From: an uncultured delta proteobacterium
Lineage (GTDB): Bacteria; Desulfobacterota; Desulfobacteria; Desulfobacterales; SpSt-501
DNA length: 64,000 bases
Assembly: GCA_963716785.1 (NCBI GenBank)
Contig: CAVQUW010000025.1
Coordinates: forward strand, 70,601 to 134,600
Reading direction: 5' to 3'
Shown here: piece after piece, positions 35,922 to 43,516 of the stretch
Layout of the letters: the number at the start of each line of letters is the position of its first letter
Numbering within the stretch: the first letter of the stretch is position 1
Position numbers and translations under genes: made by a program
Notes under the pieces: generated by a model
What the model saw: the letters and a program-made list of their open reading frames with translations, nothing else
What the model was told of the DNA's origin: nothing
The model's database searches: none

Positions 35922-36902
35922 TCATTTGCCGGTCAACGGCTCCTCCTTGCGGCGGGTGAAATCGATCACAAAGGCGGTGTCGAGCTTTCTCGGCCTTCTG
36001 GTAATACCCCTCGAAGCCCGCGGCGATGAATTCCCGCTTGACGGCTTCGTATTCGGCCACACGAACCTGCCGGGCGATCGGTTCGTGGCGCTCGGCGCAG
36101 TAAAGCGGCCGGTACTGGGCCATGAGGCTGATGGAGATGTCCTGCGGGTCGAAGGCGCGTTTCAGGAAATCCAGAACGGCGCGGCTCACCGACTGGTCGT
36201 TCGGCAGCACCAGGTGGCGGATCAAGAGCCCCTGGCGGGCGATCCCGGCCGCATCGCGGCGGAGCGGCCCGACCTGCCGGAACATGCGCCGCACGGCCGC
36301 CTGGTTGACCGCGACGTAGTCCGGGGCGGAGGAGTAGCGCTGGCGCGGGCGCGTCGTCGCCGTACTTCATGTCCGGCAGCCAGATGTCCACCACCCCGGC
36401 CAGCAGATCGATGGTGCGCTCGAGCTCGTACCCACCGCAGTTGTAGACCAGCGGTACGGTGAGCCCCTCGGCCGGCTGCGTGCCGGACGGCCCGCATCAG
36501 CCAGGGCAGGAAGTGGGTCGGGGTGACGAGGTTGATGTTGTGACAGCCGGCGCGCTGGAGCCCGAGCATCTTTTGCGCCAGCTCCGCTACGGAAAACGGT
36601 CGGCCCTCCGCCTCGTGGCTGAGTTGGTAGTTCTGGCAGAAAACGCACTTCAGGGTGCAGTAGGTGAAAAAGACCGTCCCCGAGCCCCCGGTGCCGGAAA
36701 TGGGCGGCTCCTCGCCGTGGTGGGGGAAAATGCTCGAGACGACCGGCTCGGCCGGGGCGCCGCAAAACCCGCGTTCGCCGGCCGGGCGGTCGACCCCGCA
36801 GCGCCGCGGGCAGAGCTCGCAATGCGCCGCGATCCGGTCGAGGGCGCCGATGCGCTCATCCCAGTCGTTTTCGGACAAATAGGTGTATGCCGCGCTTGCC
36901 AT
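35922..36902 (-). pseudogene. radical SAM protein of the PflA/activase-like family; three separate +1 frame breaks
   Basis: CTLKCVFCQN cluster motif. The protein can be read through three frames: ..THFLPWLMRAVRHAA | AEGLTVPLVYNCGGYELERTIDLLAGVVDIWLPDMKYGDD | RPRQRYSSAPDYVAVNQAAVRRMFRQVG...EGYYQKAEK | LDTAFVIDFTRRKEEPLTGK*. Each junction is explained by one extra g (about 36471, 36352, 35985). Confidence 0.75.
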
Positions 36903-37133
36903 TGCAGTTGAACCCTCGCCCCCTCGATTTCCCGGACCCTGAAGCCGCCTGCTTCAGCTGTCGGGTGCCGTCAGCCATGAATGGCAAGCATACCGCTCCG
37001 GTGAGGTTTTTGGAAGCCCCTTGCCGCAAGCGGCCGGGAAAGGTCCCCTGTCACAGTGAAACCGGTCGCGCCGGATTGCCGCAGGCAACAGGTTGTGGTA
37101 TGATTGATAAAAATCACCCTGAAAGGCGGAAAA

Positions 37134-37532
37134 ATGGCGTTGGTCGAGGGAGAGCAGCCCGGCCCCAAAACGGTGCTGATCGTGGACGATGAGGACTTCA
37201 TCCGTCAGATCAGCTCGCAGATGCTTGCCAGGATCGGCCACACAACCCTGACGGCGGCGGACGGGACCGAGGCGCTGGCGCTCCTGGAGCGTCACAAGGA
37301 GAGCGTGGACGTGGTGCTCTTCGACATGCGCATGCCCGGGTTGAGCGGCGTCGAGCTGCTGGAGCGGATGAAAGCGGTCAAGGCCGGCCTCAAGTTCATC
37401 CTTTCGAGCGGCTTCGGCAAAGACAGCGCGGCCTCGGCCATCCTGGACAGGGGCTGCTCCGGGTTCATCCAGAAACCCTTCCGCCTGGCGGATCTGGCTA
37501 AAGCCATCGAATCTGTTTTGGCAGAGGGTTGA
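37134..37532 (+). CDS. stand-alone response regulator receiver domain protein
   Basis: TVLIVDDEDFIR...DVVLFDMRMPGLSG...KFILSSG receiver motifs. No output domain. Confidence 0.85.
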   Translation: MALVEGEQPGPKTVLIVDDEDFIRQISSQMLARIGHTTLTAADGTEALALLERHKESVDVVLFDMRMPGLSGVELLERMKAVKAGLKFILSSGFGKDSAASAILDRGCSGFIQKPFRLADLAKAIESVLAEG

Positions 37533-37757
37533 TTCCGAGATGACACTGTGCCCCTTCCCGCCTCGAAGGCGGGAAGGGGCACAGTGGTGATTCCAACCCC
37601 GACTGACACCCGAGGGGTCCTCCATGGCGGGATTGCCGGCCTCTCACCATGGCTACCACCCGTAAAGGCCGCTCCGCCCTCGAGTCGGCTTCCGCCTTGC
37701 CTGCAGCGTGATCCGAGGTCCGAATTTACTTCCTGCGTCGGTGCGGCGGGACCGGCG

Positions 37758-38912
37758 CTACGGGGTGATGAGCTTCGGGTCGGTCACGACCCCCAGGTAG
37801 CGGAACCGCCCCTGCTTGACCACCTGGACCTGGACTTCCTTGACGACCTCTCCGATCGAATCGAACCCCTTGATGGTGCCGGTCAAACCGTTATAGTCCT
37901 TGGTGGCGGCAATGGCGTCGCGCACGGGCTTGCCCTTGGTGGTCTTGGCTTTCTTGATCGCCTCGCAGATGATCATGAAGGCGTCGTAGGCGGAGGCGCC
38001 CACCATGTCGGGTTGAATGGCGAAGCGTTTTTCGTACTCCTTCAGAAACGCCTGGACCTCCGGTCGCTTGTCGTCCCGGTTGAGGTTGGTGACGATCACG
38101 AACCCCTCGGCCGCCTCGCCGGCGATTTCAAGGGTCTTGGGGGAGTCGGCCCCCTCCTCGCCCAGGATCTGGGTGTTCATCCCGAGCTCGCGGGCCTGCT
38201 TGAGCACCGGGCCGGTCTGGAAGTAGTAGCCGCTGGCGAAGATCAGGTCGGGGCCGACTTCCTTGATCTTGCTCAAGTAGGGTTTGAAATCCTTCTCCGA
38301 CATGGGGTAGGTCTGGGCGGACACGACCTGCGCCTTGCCTTGGGCATACTTGGCCACGTACTCGTTGAAGCCCTCGGCCAGGGTGCGGCCGAAGTCATTG
38401 TCGCTGGTCAGCAGGGCGATTTTCTTGGCCTTGAGCAGCTCTATGGCCGTGTAGGCCGCGGAGCGCCCCTCGACCGCCCCCAGAAACCCGTTGCGGAAGC
38501 AGAAGTCGCCGGACTTGGTCACGTCCGGGTGGATGGCATAGGCCGCCACGAGAGGGATGCCCTCGTCCTGGAACAGGGGGGCGGAGGCCCGGCTCGGCAT
38601 GCTGTAGGAGCCGGCGACGACACCGACCACCTTGTCCTGCTGGATGAGCTTCTGGGAGACGGTGACCGCCTCCTTGGCGTCGGCCCGGTCGTCATAGACC
38701 ACGAGCTCGACCTTTTTTCCGAGCAGCCCGCCCTGCTGGTTGATCTTCTCCACCGCCAGGTCCACCGAGTTCTTGACGCTGGCGCCGTCCGCCGCGGCAA
38801 AGCCTGTCAGCGGGGCCATCAGACCGATCTTGACCGTCTCGGCCGCCCAAGCCCCACTCAGACAGATAAAGGACACCAAGGCCGTTACGAGAAGAAATTT
38901 GATGGTTTTCAT
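37758..38912 (-). CDS. livK: branched-chain amino acid ABC transporter substrate-binding protein
   Basis: 384 aa. Signal peptide followed by the type-I periplasmic binding fold (KIGLMAPLTGFAAADG). Confidence 0.85.
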   Translation of the reverse strand: MKTIKFLLVTALVSFICLSGAWAAETVKIGLMAPLTGFAAADGASVKNSVDLAVEKINQQGGLLGKKVELVVYDDRADAKEAVTVSQKLIQQDKVVGVVAGSYSMPSRASAPLFQDEGIPLVAAYAIHPDVTKSGDFCFRNGFLGAVEGRSAAYTAIELLKAKKIALLTSDNDFGRTLAEGFNEYVAKYAQGKAQVVSAQTYPMSEKDFKPYLSKIKEVGPDLIFASGYYFQTGPVLKQARELGMNTQILGEEGADSPKTLEIAGEAAEGFVIVTNLNRDDKRPEVQAFLKEYEKRFAIQPDMVGASAYDAFMIICEAIKKAKTTKGKPVRDAIAATKDYNGLTGTIKGFDSIGEVVKEVQVQVVKQGRFRYLGVVTDPKLITP

Positions 38913-38920
38913 GTTTTCTC

Positions 38921-39056
38921 CTTTCTTGGTAGTTTTAGGTTTTAAGTTTTAAGTGTTAAGTGAAAGAAAAAGATGACTTTCCCCTCAGGCTCTCCCCAAA
39001 CCATTGCGAAAATCAAAAACTTGTTTTCTTAACACGTAACACTTAAAACTTGACAC
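38921..39056. repeat. inverted arrays of GTKTTAA heptamers flanking a 73-nt core containing the AAGTCATC box (minus strand)
   Basis: Left arm: GTTTTAG GTTTTAA GTTTTAA GTGTTAA GTGAAAG. Right arm: TTAACAC GTAACAC TTAAAAC TTGACAC, which is the reverse complement of GTGTCAA GTTTTAA GTGTTAC GTGTTAA. GATGACTT lies in the core. Confidence 0.7.
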
Positions 39057-39062
39057 TATCCA

Positions 39063-39773
39063 TTAATCCCCCAAATACGCCGCCTTGAGTTTCGGGTCGT
39101 CCAAAAGCTCCTTGGCGCGGCCCGTGAACACGCATACTCCGGTTTCGAGCACGTAGGCCCGGTGGGAGATCTCGAGCGAGGCCATGGCGTTCTGCTCCAC
39201 GAGCAGGATCGTCAGCCCCTGCTCGCGGTTGAGCCGGGCGAGCATTTCGAAGACCTGGTCGACCAGTTTGGGCATGAGCCCCATGGAGATTTCGTCCACC
39301 AGCAGCAGCTCCGGACCGGACACGAGGGCCCTCGCAATGGCCAGCTGCTGCTGCTGGCCGCCGGAGAGGTGGGACGCCGGCTGGTCGCTTTTTTCCGCCA
39401 AGATCGGAAACAGTCCCTGCAACCACTCCAGACGTTGGTCCACCGCAGGTGTTTTGCCCAGCCCATAGGCGCCGACCATCAGGTTTTCATGTACCGTGAG
39501 CCGCGGAAACAGCCGAGCCCGCTCGGGGACGAGCCGCATCCCGTTGCGTGCCCGCTGGAAAGAGGGCTGCGCCGTGATCTCGGCGCCCTTGAAGCGGATG
39601 GCTCCCCCGCGCACGGGAACCATGCCCATGACCCCGGCGAGAATGGAGGTCTTGCCGGCCCCGTTGGCGCCGATGATGGAGACGAGCTCACCCTTTTCCA
39701 GGTCGAAGCTCACACCCGATACCGCCCGGATGTCGCCGTAGGAGATTCGCAGGTCGTCGACTTCAAGCAGCAT
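39063..39773 (-). CDS. livF: branched-chain amino acid ABC transporter ATP-binding protein LivF
   Basis: 236 aa with GANGAGKT, LSGGQQQ and the characteristic C-terminal KAAYLGD. Confidence 0.9.
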   Translation of the reverse strand: MLLEVDDLRISYGDIRAVSGVSFDLEKGELVSIIGANGAGKTSILAGVMGMVPVRGGAIRFKGAEITAQPSFQRARNGMRLVPERARLFPRLTVHENLMVGAYGLGKTPAVDQRLEWLQGLFPILAEKSDQPASHLSGGQQQQLAIARALVSGPELLLVDEISMGLMPKLVDQVFEMLARLNREQGLTILLVEQNAMASLEISHRAYVLETGVCVFTGRAKELLDDPKLKAAYLGD

Positions 39774-40530
39774 GCGTGCGCCCCTTCCGGCCCAGGTAAG
39801 CTTCGATCACGGCCTCCTCGCGTCGGATCGCGGCCGGCTCGCCTTCGGCCAGCTTGCTCCCGTGGTCCAGCACGACCAACCGGTCGCAAAGCCCCATGGC
39901 CACCCGCATGTTGTGCTCGATCAGGAGCACGGTCAGTCCGTCGGCGCGGATGGCGCGAATGAGGGTCTCGAGCTGGGTGATCTCCTCGTGCCTCAAACCC
40001 GAGAACGATTCGTCGAGCAGCAGCAGCTTGCGGCCGACGGCAAGCGCCCGGGCGATTTCCAGGCGCCGCAGGTTTCCGAGAGGCAGCAGCCCGGACTTGC
40101 GATCGGCGAGCTCGGCGAGACCCACGCGTTCGAGCAGGGCCAGGGCGGCCTTTTGCTCCGCCCGCGTAGTCCAGCCGGACCACACCCGTCTCAGGCTCCC
40201 GTAGCGATGGATGCCCCGGGCCGCCAGGACGTTTTCAAGCACCGTCAGGTGCGCGAAGGGTTTCACGATCTGAAAGGTGCGGCCCACGCCGAGCCCCGCG
40301 ATGCGGTGCGAGGGGAGCCCGTCGGTGCGCCTCCCATCGAACAGGATCCGGCCGGCGGTGGGCTTGTACACCCCGCTGATCAGGTTGAAGCAGACGGTCT
40401 TGCCGGCGCCGTTGGGGCCGATCAGCCCGAGGATCTCCCCCGGCCGGATGGCGAAGCTGACCCCGTCGACGGCCTTGAGACCGTCGAAGTGCTTCGAGAG
40501 GTCGCAGATTTCAAGCAGCGGCGTGGTCAC
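39763..40530 (-). CDS. livG: branched-chain amino acid ABC transporter ATP-binding protein LivG
   Basis: GTG 40530 overlaps the livM stop (GTGA). GPNGAGKT and LLLDE motifs are present. Confidence 0.9.
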   Translation of the reverse strand: MTTPLLEICDLSKHFDGLKAVDGVSFAIRPGEILGLIGPNGAGKTVCFNLISGVYKPTAGRILFDGRRTDGLPSHRIAGLGVGRTFQIVKPFAHLTVLENVLAARGIHRYGSLRRVWSGWTTRAEQKAALALLERVGLAELADRKSGLLPLGNLRRLEIARALAVGRKLLLLDESFSGLRHEEITQLETLIRAIRADGLTVLLIEHNMRVAMGLCDRLVVLDHGSKLAEGEPAAIRREEAVIEAYLGRKGRTHAA

Positions 40531-41411
40531 TTGGTCCTCCGGGGCATCAGCTTGGCCAGGATCGAGCGGGCGGCGCTCCCCTCCCCCAGGAGGCCTCCGG
40601 GTTGAAAACGGATCATGAGCAGCAGAAGCGCGGTGTAGAACAGGATGCGGTAGTCGACCAGCGGCCGGAACAGCTCGGGCAGGATCCCGATGATGAGCGC
40701 GCCGAGAACCGGCCCCCAAAGGGTCCCGATGCCACCGACGACGACCATGCTCAAGAGCGACACCGACATGGGGAAGGCGAAGTCGGTGGCTGAGATGAAG
40801 CGCATGAAATGGGCGTAGAGCGCACCCCCCAGCCCGGCCATGCCGGTGCCGATCACGAAGGCGAGCAGCTTGAAGCGCACCGCCGAAATCCCCACGCTGG
40901 CGGCGGCCTCCTCCTCCTCCCGCAAGGCGAAGCAGGCCAGGCCCGCCCAGCAGCGGGTGAGCCACCAGCAGGCGAGCATCACGAGGGCCAGGAAGCCCAG
41001 GCACAGGCCGAAGAACTCGGGCCCGCGGAACCGGAACTCGAGCAGGGTGATGCGCGGGATCCCCCCGATCCCGAGCGCCCCGCCGAAGAAGGGCACATAG
41101 AGGAAGACCGCCTCCACGATGAAGTTGATGCCGATGGTGGTGATGGCGAGGAAATCCTCGCGCACCCTCAGGCTGGGGATGCCGAGCAGCAGACCGACGC
41201 TGGCGCTGATGGCGATGACGCAGGGCAGGGCCGTCCAGAAGGAGAGCCCCGCCTGGGTGGCCAGCAGGGCGGCGCTGTAGGCCCCGATCCCGAAGAACGC
41301 CGCGTGGCCAAGGGAGATCTGCCCCGCGAAGCCCACGATCACATTCAGGCCGCAGGCTACGATGGCGTTGATGGCGATGATGGTTCCGATCGTGATCAGG
41401 TATCCGCTCAC
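40527..41411 (-). CDS. livM: branched-chain amino acid ABC permease LivM
   Basis: 294 aa, multi-TM, GQISLGHAAFFGIGAY motif. Confidence 0.9.
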   Translation of the reverse strand: MSGYLITIGTIIAINAIVACGLNVIVGFAGQISLGHAAFFGIGAYSAALLATQAGLSFWTALPCVIAISASVGLLLGIPSLRVREDFLAITTIGINFIVEAVFLYVPFFGGALGIGGIPRITLLEFRFRGPEFFGLCLGFLALVMLACWWLTRCWAGLACFALREEEEAAASVGISAVRFKLLAFVIGTGMAGLGGALYAHFMRFISATDFAFPMSVSLLSMVVVGGIGTLWGPVLGALIIGILPELFRPLVDYRILFYTALLLLMIRFQPGGLLGEGSAARSILAKLMPRRTK

Positions 41412-41421
41412 GCCATCTCCT

Positions 41422-42285
41422 TTAACGCGAACCCATCAACCCCTGGGGCCGCCACATCAGCACCACGATCATGGCGATGAAGGCCAGGGCGTCGCGGGGC
41501 AGGGGGATGTCCGCAAAGCCGATGAGCAGGGTTTCGGCCATGCCGAGCAGCATGGCGGCGATCACCGCTCCGGGCACCGACCCCAGCCCGCCGACGACGA
41601 TCAGGGCGAGCGTCTTGTAGGCGGGGATCGCCCCCATGGTGGGGTAGACCTGGTTGTAGTAGATCCCCACCAGGATCCCGGCCACGGCGGCGACGGCGGA
41701 GCCGATCGCAAAGGTGATGCTGACGATGAAGTGGCTGTCGATCCCCATGGTGTCGGCGATGGTCATATCCTGGGAGGCGGCCCGCATGGCCAGCCCAAGC
41801 TCGGTGCGGGTGGTGACGAACCACAGAAGCGCCAGCACCGCGGCCGTGATGCCGTAGACGGCCGTCAGCGTGGGGGTCACGGTGAGGCCCCCGAGGTGCA
41901 GCTCCGGAAACGGCAGCTCAGCCGGAAAGGTCAGGATCTGGGGGCCGGCGATCAGCCGGCAGAGCTCCTCGACCGAAAGGAACACGGCGATGCTGCCGAT
42001 CAGGGGCACGAAGGGCGGGTACTTCAGCAGCGGGAAATAGACGAAGCGCTCGATGGCGACCCCGATCAGGGCGCAGGCGAGCATGCTGCCGACGACCGCG
42101 ACGAGCAGGCTGCCGCTCAGGTTGAACCAGAACACCCCCAGGTAGGCGCCGATGGTGTAAACGGCGGCATGGGCCACGTGCAGGATGCGCAGGATCCCGT
42201 AGACCAGGGCGAGCCCCAGGGTGATCAGGGCGTAGATGGAGCCTGTGGCGAGCCCGTTCAGCAACTGTTCAAGGAAGAGCTGCAT
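41422..42285 (-). CDS. livH: branched-chain amino acid ABC permease LivH
   Basis: 287 aa. MQLFLEQLLNGLATGSIYALITLGLALVYG is a typical LivH N-terminus. Confidence 0.9.
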   Translation of the reverse strand: MQLFLEQLLNGLATGSIYALITLGLALVYGILRILHVAHAAVYTIGAYLGVFWFNLSGSLLVAVVGSMLACALIGVAIERFVYFPLLKYPPFVPLIGSIAVFLSVEELCRLIAGPQILTFPAELPFPELHLGGLTVTPTLTAVYGITAAVLALLWFVTTRTELGLAMRAASQDMTIADTMGIDSHFIVSITFAIGSAVAAVAGILVGIYYNQVYPTMGAIPAYKTLALIVVGGLGSVPGAVIAAMLLGMAETLLIGFADIPLPRDALAFIAMIVVLMWRPQGLMGSR

Positions 42286-42335
42286 TTATTTTCGTCGGAA
42301 CTCCACCAGGGTCAGTATCCTTATTTTCAGACCCC

Positions 42336-42420
42336 GCCGCCCGCGCTGCCGCCGCCGGGAACGGGGTCGGCGGAGGCGGTTTTAGCGAGATAGTCTGTAG
42401 GGCTCGACTTTTCAGTACAT
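42336..42420 (-). pseudogene. degenerate 5' fragment of a cyclodeaminase-family gene (paralogous to 48032..48649)
   Basis: About 80 nt align to 48573-48650 at roughly 70 percent identity (..TDYLAKTASADPVPGGGSA..). The fragment carries an indel and an early stop. Confidence 0.6.
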
Positions 42421-42435
42421 TTACGCTTCTCAGTT

Positions 42436-42674
42436 AAGTTTGTCAAAGACGAGATGTCGATGGGTTTGATACCGGATTTCGCGGACGAGGTCTTCGATCT
42501 GGTGAAAGAACCGAACCGCGACGGGATGACGGTGCACCTGGTCGAGCGGAATGCAAAGAAGGTCCAGGCCGTGGCCGACCGGACCTATGTCCTCAAGACC
42601 GGCCGCATCGTGCTCCACGACAGCGCCGAGAACCTGGCAAGAACCCCGAGATCCAGAAGGCCTACCTCGGCGGA
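42436..42674 (+). pseudogene. 3' fragment of a LivF-type ABC ATPase gene
   Basis: It reads DEMSMGLIPDFADEVFDLVKEPNRDGMTVHLVERNAKKVQAVADRTYVLKTGRIVLHDSAENLA then, after a frameshift, NPEIQKAYLGG. Walker A and the rest of the N-terminal half are missing. Confidence 0.7.
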
Positions 42675-42693
42675 TGCCCCAAAGTTTTTGTTC

Positions 42694-43102
42694 CTACAAT
42701 GCTGTCCAAATCTGGATATAAAGAGCGTTTTCAGTGGTACCCAGAGAAAGTTTTGACTTTCAGGTTCTGTTTGAGAGCTTTAAAAAACAACTCGATCTGC
42801 CAGCGGTCTTTGTAGATGGCGCCGATGGTGCTGGCGGCAAATTCAAAGTGGTTGGTCAGCAGGGTGATCGACTTGCCGCTCACAGGGTCGATGGCCACGA
42901 TGCGCCGCAGAGGAAACGGGCATTTTTGTTGGGCTTTTTCGGCGGCTAACACGATGGTCCCATCGCTGTCCGACGAATACCAGCAAACCGCAACAAATCT
43001 GCAATTCCCCGAATCGATACCTTTGATCAGGTAATCTCCACCCCGTTTTGTCACAGGCAAGGATTCGACATAGGCACGAATGTCAACCCGGAAGAGAGCC
43101 AA
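42694..43102 (-). mobile_element. IS4-family DDE transposase remnant (internal fragment, frameshifted, both ends missing)
   Basis: ..AIYKDRWQIELFFKALKQNLKVKTF then, in a shifted frame, GTSENALYIQIWTAL*. There is no N-terminal half and I found no inverted repeats. Confidence 0.75.
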
Positions 43103-43166
43103 CCCAAGTTTTCCATCTACTATTGTCAGAACCCCTTATGCGTCCAATCGTCCGTATCGATTTATG

Positions 43167-43196
43167 TTGACATGTCAAAATCAACCATAGTATGAA
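43167..43196 (+). promoter_or_regulatory. candidate sigma70 promoter (TTGACA-18 nt-TATGAA); the -35 lies in the 12-nt palindrome TTGACATGTCAA
   Basis: Read directly from the sequence. It lies immediately upstream of the riboswitch. Confidence 0.5.
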
Positions 43197-43205
43197 AAAA
43201 GGACG

Positions 43206-43320
43206 ATAAAGGGGAGTAGCAATTGGCGGTCATTTCCGCCACCCCGCGTTTCGTCAATACGGAAGGGTCACCTCCCGGACGCGGGTAGCGATTTCACTTC
43301 GCGATTTGCAAGACCTTTAT
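43206..43320 (+). promoter_or_regulatory. yybP-ykoY (Mn2+) riboswitch
   Basis: The 5' conserved AAAGGGGAGTAGC and the 3' conserved TTTGCAAGACCTTTAT match the yybP-ykoY signature (compare the L. lactis yoaB leader). The length of about 115 nt fits. Confidence 0.8.
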
Positions 43321-43360
43321 TCGCAGATTCACTGCGCTGCGGATAAAGGTCTTTTTTTTT
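43310..43360 (+). terminator. riboswitch-coupled intrinsic terminator
   Basis: AAGACCTTTAT...ATAAAGGTCTT followed by T9. The 5' arm overlaps the 3' strand of aptamer P1. Confidence 0.8.
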
Positions 43361-43516
43361 GGCATTCTTTCCGCGGCGGCAAATAAGGCAAGAGATTTCT
43401 TCGAAGCCGATACATAGATCCGCCAAACCAGCACTATCGGCCGGACCAGGATCGACAATTTTCTCCCAATAACGCGGGCTGGTTCGCACATCTTTACAGA
43501 AACGGAGTGTAATCAC

